The notes under the pieces were generated by a model. The model was not told the origin of the DNA and made no database searches. It worked only from the letters and a program-made list of their open reading frames with translations. From assembly GCF_006345805.1 (NCBI RefSeq), contig NC_043006.1, forward strand, positions 13,082,001 through 13,146,000: DNA of 64,000 nt, in the 5' to 3' direction. The position numbers and the translations under genes are program-made. This document shows positions 25,814 to 38,467 of the stretch, piece after piece. Each line of letters opens with the position of its first letter. Position 1 is the stretch's first letter. Source of the DNA: Octopus sinensis. Taxonomy: Eukaryota.

Positions 25814-26412
25814 GAGTGAGAGAGCAGTTCATGCCATCAAAGTGACACTGGGGTAAAATATACGAAGCCCAATATACCCATCATGATACCCGTCTGATAA
25901 AGGTACACCAGGCACATGCATCACAACCATATGTGCGCGACATGGTGATCTCATATCAAGATAACAGCACATGACCTTGCAGGTGGGCCCAGTTAGAATT
26001 TTCTTCATTTTGAGTAGCCATCCTGCTCAAACGGTCCCTGAATAAGGGTTGTTTAAGGATGTTGAAAGAACCACACATGTTTCCAGAGGTGAACTATTCA
26101 ACCCCAAAGAATCCCTCTCAACACATGGCTATGTGCTCCCCCACTACTTCTGCTCGTGATCAGAGATGCACATATCGTCAGCACTAAGGACATGCTCAAC
26201 TGGTTAAGGTCAAACAACTGACAAGCAATCTGTGGTATTGAGCAGAATATTTGCTGTAGCCCATCTTTTATACCAAGACAAAACAATGTACATGATAACA
26301 CTTCCAATCAGTAAGATCAGAAGCCATGAGAGCCACTGCCTGGTACAGATCAGAAGCCATGAGAGCCACTGCCTGGTACAGATCAGAAGCCATGAGAGCC
26401 ACTGCCTGGTAC
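25813..26412 (-). mobile_element. Family E copy 2, with triplicated 33-bp 5' end
   Basis: Same sequence as 15531-16043. AGATCAGAAGCCATGAGAGCCACTGCCTGGTAC x3 at 26314-26412. Confidence 0.8.
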
Positions 26413-26439
26413 TTATTATTTTTATTATTATTATTATTA

Positions 26440-26504
<65 letters not shown>

Positions 26505-26597
26505 ATTATTATTATATTATTATTATTATATTATTATTTTTATTATTATATTATTATTATTATTATTATATTTTTATTATTATTATTATTATTATTA

Positions 26598-26671
<74 letters not shown>

Positions 26672-26685
26672 TATTATTTTATTAT

Positions 26686-27188
26686 TGAGTGAGATTATAT
26701 ACCCATCATGACTACCCATTTGATAAGTGTACACCAGCCACATGCATCACATGTGCATGACAAGGTATTCCCATATCAAGATAAACAGCGCATGACCTTG
26801 TAGCTGGAGCCCGGTCTGAATTTTCTTCAGGTTGAGTAGCCCATCCCGCTCAAAAGGTCCCTGAAAAAGGTTTGTTTAAGAATGATAAACAAAAAACAAA
26901 CATGTTTCCAGAGGTAAATTATTTAAACTGCAAGGAATTCATCTCAGCACATGGCTATAATGCTCCCCCACTACTTCTGCTCATGATCACAGATGCACAC
27001 ATCATCAACCACCATGGGACATGCTCGACTGGTTACGGTGAAGTAACTGACAAGCAGATCTATGGTATTGAACAGAATATTTGCTGTAGCTCATCTTTTA
27101 TACTAAGACAAATCATGTACATGATAACACACCCAATTAGTTAAGATCAAAAGCCATGAGGACCGGTGGCTATTACTGCATCAGGTCA
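26686..27188 (-). mobile_element. Family E copy 3 (diverged, internal deletion)
   Basis: Homology to the other family E copies. (ATT)n flanks. Confidence 0.75.
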
Positions 27189-27240
<52 letters not shown>

Positions 27241-27241
<1 letters not shown>

Positions 27242-29175
27242 TTTTTTTTTTCTTCTTTCAAATTTGCTTCCATTTCTTGCCGAGTGTCTTCCCGACTCCT
27301 AGGGCAAAGAAACTCATAGTATACATTGGTAGGCCATTAAACCAAACTCAGTAGTTCGTTCATTTCTTCTTTTTTTTTTTTAAGTTAAATTAAAAACATG
27401 AGCAGCAACAGTTCTCACATCGACAATGCTCTTCTCAATACGTGTGATGTACCAGTTAAGACAATCTTTTGCACTTCTTGCAGGGATGGTAAGCCAGGGA
27501 TCATTCTCATATAATTTTCGGTTCCCTTCTTGATCATTCCTAGTGCTCCTACGATCACTGGTATTGTAACCGCCTTGAGATGCCACATTTTCTCAATTTC
27601 AATGAGTAGGTCTTTATATTTTCTGAGCTTGTCAAACTCTTTCGCTGAGATATTATGATCACAGGGATGCTCATGTCGATCAATAAGCAAACTTTATTGT
27701 TTTGGTCTTTCACAACAATATCTGGTTTATTGGCCTTGATGGTTCGGTCTGTATGTACTGGAAAGTCCCACAGAATGGTTACATTTTCTCCTTCAGTTAC
27801 AGCCTCAGGGTGGTGATTATACCACTTGTCGGCAGTTTTGATATTGTAATGCCGACTTATTAGTCAGTGGAGATATTGGCCAACTCTGTCATGTCTTAAT
27901 TTATGCTCCACTGGTGCTAAGACTTTACATCCAGAGATTAGGTGGCCCACTGTTTCAATCATGTCGTTGCAGAATCGGCATTTTGGGTCTGCTCCATTTT
28001 TCATCACATTGGCCTGGTAGTTCCGGGTTAATAGGCTTTGATCTTGAGCAGCCAGGATGAAACCTTCGCTCTCTGCTTTTAGCCCTGAGCTCCGTAGCCA
28101 CTGATGGGTTTGCTTCTGGTCAACATCAGCTTGTTTGCTGCGGGTCACATATTTGCCGTGCAGAGGTTTCTCCTCCCACCTATCAGCCAATTGCTTGTGC
28201 GCTTTCTTCATTGCCATCATTTTCACCTTCTTTGCAACAATAGTTGCCGTACTTCCCTCGGGTTGTTCAGTTTGGGTATCCTGCACGAGATCAATAGCAA
28301 ATTTTTTGCTTTCCTTTATGATAGAATGAAGCTTCTTTCGTCTCTCGTGATTTTCCACGAGCTTTAGCATCCAAACATTCGATATTTCGAGATATTGGCC
28401 AGTCCAATTGTGGTTGTTTTGTAAGCTAGTTCAAATTGGATCAGGCCTCGACCTCCTTGGGCTCTGGGAAGGTAAAGGCGATCTACGTCTGCCTTTGGGT
28501 GGTGCATCCTATTACAAATCAGCAGCTGCGTATTTTTCCTATCTATATTCTTTACTCACTCATATTCCAGTTCAACACATTGTAGCTATAAGTAACAACT
28601 GGAACTGCTAAGGAATTTATAGCTAACACCTTGTTACGTGCATTTAGTTCAGATTTCAGGACTGCACGAACTCTCCTATAACATTCCTTCCTGATTTTCT
28701 CTTTCATGCTTGCATGCTGAATACCAGAGCCTTCTTATCCCTAAATATTTGTATGTTTGTTCTTGCTCAAGCTCTCTTATGACTGTGTCAACATCTAACA
28801 CGACTGAATTTGTGGTCTTCACTTTCCCTTTCTGGAAAGTGGCCTTGGCACACTTCTCAAGTCCAAACTCCATCCCGATGTCATCGCTGAATGCTTTCAC
28901 GGTGCGCAATAGGCCTTCAAGTTCATCATTGTCTTTACCATAAAGTTTTAAGTCATCCATATAAAATAGATGGCTTATTTTTTTATTGGCAATTTTAAAC
29001 CAATACCCTGTTATGTTTAATTCACTTGTAAGGGGTATTAGGGCTATGCAGAATATTAAAGGTGAAAGTGAGTCACCTTGAAAAATTCCACAGTTGATAT
29101 TTATAGTGAGTCACCTTGAAAAATTCCACAGTTGATTTTTATAGTGAGTCACCTTGAAAAATTCCACAGTTGATG

Positions 29176-29180
<5 letters not shown>
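27241..29180 (-). mobile_element. 5'-truncated R4/Dong-type RLE non-LTR retrotransposon (RT, CCHC-type motif, restriction-like endonuclease), frameshifted
   Basis: Minus-strand peptides GIFQGDSLSP, YMDDLKLY, KCRFC..ETVGHLISGC, HDRV, KANKPDIVV, KYKDL, IPVIVGALG. (TAA)n tail at the 3' end and (ATT)n on both flanks. Confidence 0.9.
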
Positions 29181-29227
<47 letters not shown>

Positions 29228-29284
29228 TATTATCATCATCATCATCATCAACATCATCATCATTATTATTATTATTATTATTAT

Positions 29285-29785
29285 TGAGTGAGAGAGCACT
29301 CCATGCCATCAAAGTGACACTTGATTAAAATATACGAAGCCCAGTATACCAATCATGGCCACCTGTCTGATAAGGGTACACTAGGCACATGCATCACAAC
29401 ATATGTGCGCGACATGGGACCTCATATCAAATTAAACAGCACATGACCTTGCAGGTGGGGCCAGTTTAAATTTTCTTCTGGTCAAGTAACCCATCCCGCT
29501 CAAAAGGTCCCAGAATAAGGATTGTTTAAGGATGTTGAACGAACCATCCTTGTTTCCAAAGGTGAATTATCCAAACCTCTAAGAATTCCTTTCAACACAC
29601 GGCTATGATGCTTCCCCACTACTTCTGCTCGTGATCAGAGATGCACATATCGTCAGCCACTAAGGGACATGCTCAACTGCTTACGGTCAAGTAACTGACA
29701 AGCACATCTATGGTATTGAACAGAATATTTGCTGTAGCCCATCTTTCATACCGAGACAAAACAATGTAACATGATAACACTTCCG
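29285..29785 (-). mobile_element. Family E copy 4
   Basis: Homology to family E. Shares private variants with 30402-30902. Confidence 0.8.
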
Positions 29786-29955
29786 TTATTATTATTGTCA
29801 TTATCATTATTATTATTATTGTTATTGTTATTATTATTATTATTATATCATTATTATTATATTATTCTTATATTATTATTATTATTATTATTATTATCAT
29901 ATTATTATTATTATTATTATTATGATTATATTATTATTTATTATTATTATTATTA

Positions 29956-29998
<43 letters not shown>

Positions 29999-30119
29999 CA
30001 TATTATTATTATTATTATATATTATCTTATATTATATTATTATTATTATATATCATTATTATTATTATCATTATTATATTATTATTATTATTATCATATT
30101 ATCATTATTATTATTATCA

Positions 30120-30155
<36 letters not shown>

Positions 30156-30294
30156 CATATTATTATATTATATTATTATTATCATTATTATTATTATTAT
30201 TATTTATTATTATATCATTATTAATATTATCCATTATTCTTATTATTATATTATGATATTATTATTATCATTATTATTATTATTATTATTATTA

Positions 30295-30341
<47 letters not shown>

Positions 30342-30401
30342 TATTATTATTATCATCATCATCATCATCATCATCATCATTATTATTATTATTATTATTA
30401 T

Positions 30402-30902
30402 TGAGTGAGAGAGCACTCCATGCCATCAAAGTGACACTGGATTAAAATATACGAAGCCCAGTATACCAATCATGGCCACCTGTCTGATAAGGGTACACTA
30501 GGCACATGCATCACAACCATATGTGCGCGACATGGTGACCTCATATCAAATTAAACAGCACATGACCTTGCAGGTGGGGCCAGTTTAAATTTTCTTCTGG
30601 TCAAGTAACCCATCCCGCTCAAAAGGTCCCAGAATAAGGATTGTTTAAGGATGTTGAACGAACCATCCTTGTTTCCAAAGGTGAATTATCCAAACCTCTA
30701 AGAATTCCTTTCAACACCCGGCTATGATGCTTCCCCACTACTTCTGCTCGTGATCAGAGATGCACATATCGTCAGCCACTAAGGGACATGCTCAACTGCT
30801 TACGGTCAAGTAACTGACAAGCAAATCTATGGTATTGAACAGAATATTTGCTGTAGCCCATCTTTCATACCGAGACAAAACAATGTACATGATAACACTT
30901 CG
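30402..30902 (-). mobile_element. Family E copy 5 (tandem duplicate of copy 4)
   Basis: Near-identical to 29285-29785, including flanking (ATC)n/(ATT)n pattern. Confidence 0.8.
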
Positions 30903-30980
30903 TTATTATTATTGTCATTATCATTATTATTATTATTGTTATTGTTATTATTATTATTATTATTATTATCATTATTATTA

Positions 30981-31019
<39 letters not shown>

Positions 31020-31024
31020 CATTA

Positions 31025-31063
<39 letters not shown>

Positions 31064-31067
<4 letters not shown>

Positions 31068-31270
31068 TAGTTTTGATTTTTTTTTATAGCGTGCTTTCAC
31101 TTCACTACGAGCGCAGCTCTGTGTGCCTTGGGTATGTGCTGTAATTTGTTGTGATGCTCTGATGGTTATTGTATGGAAAGTGTTCTGCGTAGGATGTGTG
31201 CAGTGCAATTTTCTGTATGTTATATGTGTTTGTAAGTCCTGGTGTTTTTGTTATGTATTGTAAGTCCTGG

Positions 31271-31274
<4 letters not shown>
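31064..31274 (-). mobile_element. Short 3'-terminal fragment of the same Dong-type subfamily as 14497-14947
   Basis: Near-identical to 14497-14690 (TTCAGTAGTTTT..ATAGCGTGCTTTCACTTCACTAC..). Inside (ATT)n. Confidence 0.85.
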
Positions 31275-31325
<51 letters not shown>

Positions 31326-31724
31326 GTTATTGTCATCCGAGTGCAGAATTTGCACTCAGAACGTAGACAGCCAAGATTAATGCTTCTTAGTATGATTTCT
31401 GGAGCAATAATGAATCCACCAACATACCGCCAGTTCTGAAATATATTTTAAATACTTTGTTGTCATACATATTACAAGTGGTTCGTTTCAGTATAGTAAA
31501 CTCTTCTGTTTACTTCTTGTTTACAGAATTTGTCTTAGTTCAACTTCAATTAGTGTGTGTGTGGTGGGGTATGTGTGTGTGTATGTGCGTGCGAGTGTGT
31601 TTGCGCGCGTGTATGTGTGTTTACCGAATCCGTCACTTATAATCCCCGAAGAACTCTATAGCCATTAGTATTATTCTTTGCTACTCTAGGCACAAGGCCC
31701 GACATTTTTTGTGGGGATGAGGGG

Positions 31725-32107
31725 CAGTCGATTAGATCGACTCCAGTACGCAACTGGTACTTAATTTATCGACTCCGAAAGGATGAAAGGCAAGTCGACC
31801 TCGGCGGATTTGAACTGGGAACGTAAAGACAGACGAAATACCACTAAGCATTTCGCCCGGCGTTCTAACGTTTCTTATTTCTTTATTACCACAAGGGGTT
31901 AAACATAGAGGGGACAAACAAGGACAGACAAACGGATTAGCTTGATTACATCGACCCCAGTGCGTAACTGGTACTTAATTTATCGACCCCGAAAGGATGA
32001 AAGGCAAATTCGACCTGGGCGGAATTTAAACTCAGAACGTAGCGGCAGACGAAATACTGCTAAGCATTTCGCCCGGCTGCTAACGTTTTTGCCAGCTCAC
32101 CGCCTTT
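31725..32107 (-). mobile_element. SINE family C tandem dimer
   Basis: Two head-to-tail units, junction near 31872. Confidence 0.8.
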
Positions 32108-32139
32108 ATTAGTATTAGTCAATAGAATTATCAAAGCAA

Positions 32140-32345
32140 CAAAGGCGGCCATCTGGTAGAATTGTTACTACGCCAAGCAAAATGCTTAGTAGCATCTTTT
32201 CCATCTCTCCGTCCTGAGTTGAAATTCAGCCGAGATAGACTTTACCTTTCATCCTTACGGGGCCGATAAAATAAGTACCAGTTTAGCACTGAGATCGATA
32301 TAAACGACTTACACTCTGTCCCTAAACTGCTGGCCTTGTGCCAAA
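32140..32345 (+). mobile_element. SINE family C, diverged, opposite orientation to the neighbouring dimer
   Basis: GGCGGCCATCTGGTAGAA..TTTCATCCTTACGGGGCCGATAAAATAAGTACCAG. Confidence 0.7.
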
Positions 32346-32646
32346 ATTTGAAATTGATATTATGAAAGCAACTTAGCATCGCAATATATAAGAAGGCTGA
32401 GTTTAGAGAAACGATTGCGATTCTTTTAATTACTTTATTATATTCAGCTTTGCTCAGCAAAATTTTAGTCAAGATACTATTGCCTCAGACTTTCCGTTCT
32501 TGTGGCATTAGTAAACTTGATACGAGTAATATAGGGTAATTATTCAATCAACTCTACAAACGCGACTGGAAAACTCAAACTAAGGATATTGTGGTGGTGA
32601 AATAGTATAATGAAATTACTGTCCCTTTTCATTTTAATGTTGACAG

Positions 32647-32795
32647 AAAAGAAATCAGAAAAACAGCATTTTCATCCCCCTATGTTCGAGAAACTTGATA
32701 CAGCTGATGAAAACAGCACCACAACAAGAGCTTCGTATATACACAGGAATAGAAGAGCGAACTGGATGAGAGAAGGAAAGAAAAACTGGCTATGA
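32647..32795 (+). CDS. Candidate terminal exon (KKSEKQHFHPPMFEKLDTADEN...NWL*)
   Basis: Acceptor CCCTTTTCATTTTAATGTTGACAG. Phase-compatible with the 16443-16671 candidate. Otherwise unsupported. Confidence 0.2.
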
Positions 32796-34388
32796 TTCTA
32801 ATTAAAAGACCGTAATATATCCTTGTAATTAGGTTTAACCGAGTTTCCTCGCAAACTATTTCTATTCTTTCAGTCTCTCTGTGTTCTCTCTCTCTCTCTC
32901 TCATTCTCTTCCTGTATTAATATCAAACTGATGGAAATGTATAATAACATCTCGAGGTGTTGCTGAACGCTTACGAACATCTGTAAACAAGTTGTTAAGA
33001 CGGTGACTAAGGAGGAAGTGCTGGGATCTTACTAAGAATGTTAATATCATCGCATGTTTGATAAGTGTCAATATTATGGCAGTTAAACATCTTTCCAACT
33101 AATCAAGATTCTATTTACTGTTCTACATTTCAAATTACATTGAACAGGGGTCATCCGTTTTCAAAAGGACTCGCTGTTGCTATATGAAATAGAAATGTCT
33201 TCTGACTCTTAAACACCACCAGTAGAGTCAGGCGTATTCATGTAATGCGTACTTTACGCTTGTCACCTACATTTCTTTTCCCTGTTGGTATATCTAATTA
33301 TATTAATGGATATATTCAATGGCAGTTACTTAAGCATCCCAATGTGATAATTAAGACACTCATTGTATCTATTAAAAGTAGTTAAACGCTTTACAGCAGG
33401 AAGATATGTATACAGTTAATCCACCCGCGGATGGCTTCCGTTACAAACTCTCAGCAGTTTCTTTTCAAAATTGTCGTTAATATTCTTAGAAAATAAATTA
33501 CCATAAAGGCTTCTGTAGCCTTATTTCCAAGAACCAATGGATTTGTTAAGATATAAATGGATACTGATGCATTTAAGCGAAGCATTAAATATTTTTTTTA
33601 GTTTATCTTAGTAATATATATTGATTGGTGATTATGGTTACATCGATTTGGCTTGGGACCATCAGTGACAAATGCATGTATTTCGAGGACTATTCACTAT
33701 AAATCAAATGCTGACCTCTCTCAAATAAATCCACCTCCACCCCAACCAAACAGTGACAATAATACAACAACGTTTCAACCTCAATAGTCGTTATTTGAAA
33801 TACATACCTTTTTCTTCTTGATCACAAGATATGGGTTAATGGTTTCCAATTTGCAAACAAGGCCAACAAATTTGAAGAAATGGTTAGATGAAAGCAAGGA
33901 GCCCCGTATTTGAGTGGTGCATTGATTTATCGATTCCGGACAGATAAAAGATAAATTTGATGCCGATGGTATTTGAACTCAGAAAGTAGGGAACCCAATC
34001 TTTACTTCCTAAAACATTAGCTTTCACGAATCTTCTTGATCCTGTAATCTTGCAGGTGACCTACTAGCATTGACCTGACCTTTCTCTGAGGGCCTGCAAG
34101 GGTCATGGGTGATGTACTTTCCTCAAGACACAACAAGTATATCCAAATGGTGCTGCTAAATAAGATTATTACGTTGCCATTTTCAATTAATGGTTATTTT
34201 CGTGTTCTCTATTCATGAATTTTAGTGACACGGATTTCTTAGTTCTTATGCAGGTAACCATACTCAATATGTTAACGAGCGAAATGGGCTTCAGCAGCGC
34301 AGATGAAACGATTGTGAAACGGTAATTGCTACATAGAAATATAACCAGAAGAGATGTCATAACCCTAATGCACATCAGATTTAATGGG

Positions 34389-34772
34389 GAAGCACTCCGT
34401 CGGTTACGACGACGAGGGTTCCGGTTGATCCGAATCAACGGAACAGCCTGCTCGTGAAATTAACGTGTAAGTGGCTGAGCACTCCACAGACACGTGTACC
34501 CTTTACGTATTTCTCGGGGATATTCAGCGTGACACAGAGAGTGACAAGGCCGGCCCTTTGAAATACAGGTACAACAGAAACAGGAAGTAAGAGTGAGAGA
34601 AAGTTGTGGTGAAAGAGTACAGCAGGGATCACCACCATCCCCTGCCGGAGACTCGTGGAGCTTTTAGGTGTTTTCGCTCAATAAACACTCACAACGCCCG
34701 GTCTGGGAATCGAAACCGCGATCCTACGACCGCGAGTCCGCTGCCCTAACCACTGGGCCATTGCGCCTCCAC
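34389..34772 (-). mobile_element. SINE family A, full length
   Basis: Reverse complement of family A. TSD CACATCAGATTTAAT. Confidence 0.92.
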
Positions 34773-35215
34773 ATCAGATTTAATAATATATAGATTTGAC
34801 AGGAAACTTCTAACCGAACAGATAACACACGAATAGATTCTGTAAACCGTTAAATTTGTATGTTTTATTTACATACGTGAAGTACTTTAAGATTCCTTCA
34901 TTATTCACTAATAAGGAAGAGAAACTGAGAAAGGATCGTTTACGACCGTCTCCATCACATTTGAGATGTTAAAAGGGTTGGATCAAAAGGTCGGTATATG
35001 GCACAGTCAGAAAAAATGGACTCTGTGAAGGTAGCTGAGTTACATTTTTCTATGCTTGTGTCTGAAGAATCTACATTAAAGGCGAAATGCAAATACGTGT
35101 ATGTGTAAAAGGAAGAAAACCCTTTAGACAGAGAGACTGAATATGTTTGCTTCTCAAATCAACTAGATAAACATATGTGGAAAGAGAGTATTTTGGTTTC
35201 ATGTAGACGCAGATA

Positions 35216-35610
35216 TCTTTATATATAAAAGTGAGGTTGTGTGCTGTCTGTCTCCTACGATTTAGATTCCTAACTACTCCCACATTTTGCGGTGCAGTTT
35301 AACCCAAACCGGGTATCTTATAGTCGTGATTCATATCGAGCCCTTCTGGGTATTAGCGCGCGTCTACGATGAGTCTACGATTTAAAAAAAAATTACCATC
35401 AATTTTTCCCATTTTTAAGGCATTTTTGTCATATATAAGGGAAGTAACTCTCTAAAAATTTATTATTAAATCTCAGAACGTAAAAAGTTACAGTAACACC
35501 CCCTCTTTGTGGTTAACCATATTGAGATGGCTATTATACTTTACATCTCTAAAAATGCTTATATAGTTATTTCCCTTACAAACCCGAGTAACGCCGGGCG
35601 ATACTGCTAG
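35216..35610 (+). mobile_element. Non-autonomous Helitron-like element, second copy
   Basis: A|TCTTTATATATAAAAG...CCCGAGTAACGCCGGGCGATACTGCTAG|T. Highly similar to the reverse complement of 4157-4551. Confidence 0.8.
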
Positions 35611-36657
35611 TCTTTAATAAACGAAAATAAATATAGTCTGTAGCGAAGCGTTGTGTTTTTGAGCAAAACACTTCACTTCACGTTGCTGCAGTCCACTCAG
35701 CGGACACAGATGAGGGATCCTATAACGGACAGAGATCCCGTCCAAGTGGGGAATTTATATGACATGAAAACCAGAAAAGTGGCCCTTACAAGTCGGCATA
35801 ACTCGAGAAGGTAATTTTACCTTTACCAATGATCAACCCTGATCGTTCTACAGACATGTATAAGACTATATTATATAAAGTGTCTTGTCCTGATATAAGA
35901 CAACTGGAGACAATTTTAGAGAGATGTAGCTATTATTTCTAACAAATCACTTGATCATGTACACGCTCCCAATTTCCTTCCTTTAGTGTCTGTGTTAGTA
36001 AGATGGTGTGTTTTATGTCAGGTTTGAGTCTGTTTCAACTGATATTGACCAAGTGTGAGCAAAATATTTTACTTAATTGCTTTATAGCTTAGGATAAGTT
36101 TAGTCCCTAACGAGTCTAAACTTGTCATGTTTTCAGCTTGTATAACGGGATATTTTATCGAACAATCGCCATTGTTATCAGCCGCTTCTTTTCTAACAGC
36201 GTAAACATAGTGATTATAAATTTCAATAGCAAGCATTCCCACAAAACTATGAAAATAGGTTGTGTTGGTTGGTGTGGATGTTTAGAATGCAGAATACCGA
36301 CACCGACAAAACAGTCTTTCATCTCTAATAAACTAGTCAGCATATAAACGGATAAACGGACTTTGTAAACAGAATTATTTTTTGTATCTTTTTTTTAAAT
36401 ATGATAATCAATAATTGTCAACAATACAATGTGATAATCATCAAAAATATTTGTTAATTGTTACAGAAATATTCATTAAATCCAGCAAACTGAATTTTTG
36501 AAATATATAATTTTTTAATATCACTTGAAGATGTACGATGTCCAGTCTCTTCTGTCAATCAATAGATAGTGCTCTGCTCGTGGCTAAGAGTTGTTTTGAC
36601 TCTTATTTCTAGCAATACTGCAGCTGACTTGCACCCTTCGTCACGATTTTACCTGTG

Positions 36658-36763
<106 letters not shown>

Positions 36764-36820
36764 GTATGTATGTATGCATGTATGTATGTATGTATGTATT
36801 ATATATATTGTGTGTGTGTG

Positions 36821-37136
36821 AAGGCGCGTGGCATTCGGTTGGGGCATTCGGCTCACGATCGCAAGGTCGTGAGTTCAATTCTCGGCGGCGCGTTGTGTCC
36901 CTGAGCAAGATATTTTATTTCACGTTGCACTAGTCCACTCAGCTAGCAACGAGTAGTACCTGTATTTCAAAGGACCAGCCTCGTCACACTTTGTGTCACG
37001 CTGGATCTCCCTGAGACCTACGATAACGGTACACGTGTTTGTGGAGTGCTCAGCCACTTACACGTTAATTTCACGAGCAAGCTGCTCCATTGGTCGTATC
37101 AGCTGGGACACTCGTCGTCGTAACCGACGGAGTGGT

Positions 37137-37137
<1 letters not shown>
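36821..37137 (+). mobile_element. Older tRNA SINE with the family A 3' half and a different, CORE-like central domain
   Basis: tRNA head, then TCCCTGAGCAAGATATTTTATTTCACGTTGC..TCCACTCAGC, then the family A tail TACCTGTATTTCAAAGG..GTAACCGACGGAGTG. Confidence 0.75.
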
Positions 37138-37213
<76 letters not shown>

Positions 37214-37219
37214 ATATAT

Positions 37220-37252
<33 letters not shown>

Positions 37253-37259
37253 GTAGATA

Positions 37260-38283
37260 GATCATGAAATGTGTACGTACGCCGCTATATGTATATATAA
37301 GAAAGAAAACAAAAAAATGGAAGAACGTAACAGGCGACAACAAAACACAACACATCCGGACAGTCAGACGATACAGAAAAAGAAAACGGACAGGAAAAAA
37401 ACAAGGAAGGGTCATTCGGAGCTTCCTTTCCTCAGTCGAGTATCATTTTATCTTAGCAGTTTCGGTCGTTGACATTCGAGACCTCTCCACTCTGGCTGGT
37501 CCCGAGAAAAATCTAAGCAAAGAGCATTAGATTCCTTGGAAGAAAGCAAGCGAATGTATATGAAAACAAGGACGAATAAACGGAGAAATGGTACACAATT
37601 ACAAATACAAACAACAGGTACCTTTCGACTAAGGACGAATTAAATTAAGCTGGCGTGTGTGGAAGTGAAGCGTTACGACAGGTACGTGAAAAATGAAAGT
37701 TATGGTAAGGACTATAAGAGATGCTACACGGACGGTAGTTGAAACAAGAAAGAAAAGGCAAGCTTGGAGGAACAACGGTTACGTGAAAGGAGAGGAGAGA
37801 GGCCTACCTCTCTCCTCTCTTTTCACTTTTGGTCTCCCGTATGTACACATATATATCTAAATTCTGTACGACTCTCTTACTCTTAATTTCAGCCTCTCCA
37901 CACTTTCTTCGTTCTTTGTACTTTTCTGTTTCTCGCTCCCTCGTCTTACATATCCTGGACTTCCCTTCATTCTCACCCTCATTCCTCCTTTACCTAACTC
38001 TGTCCCTTTCTTTTCTTCCTTCTTTTTCTCTCTTTCCCGTCCATCGCTAATTCTTCAATCCCTCTGCCCCTACCTCTCTCCTTCACCGCGTGTGTACCGT
38101 TGGCGATTTTCCCTCTGTCTTCCTTTCTTTGGATCTTTCCTTCTCCTATGTTTCTGACGAAGATATCCGTTCGAAATGTTAAACCCTCCTTCTTTCCTTC
38201 TTTCCTGAGCGTCCAATAATACTATACTTGTTCCACGTCCTCGCGTTTTGTGTTTTCTCTTTGTGTTTTCATGTTTGGATTAA

Positions 38284-38290
<7 letters not shown>
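37260..38290. mobile_element. Probable Penelope-like element remnant with internal inversion and a decayed HHR (38150-38184)
   Basis: 38105-38290 matches the insert at 5335-5518. 19-bp hairpin at about 37783-37826 marks a strand switch. (TA)n on both sides. Confidence 0.55.
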
Positions 38291-38345
<55 letters not shown>

Positions 38346-38467
38346 TAAATTCTATAGGTTTAAAACCTTTCATCGGATCTCCATGAATCGAACTTTCTTC
38401 AATGCAGCTAATCTTACAACCTCTTTTGTATCTACCCCTTTTGATGTTTGGGAATTCTCTGATGTTT

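Noticed and set aside
26314-29180. 33- and 38-bp direct repeats as possible CRISPR arrays
   Set aside because: Units are contiguous with no spacers, derive from retroelement ends, and the DNA is eukaryotic with no cas genes.
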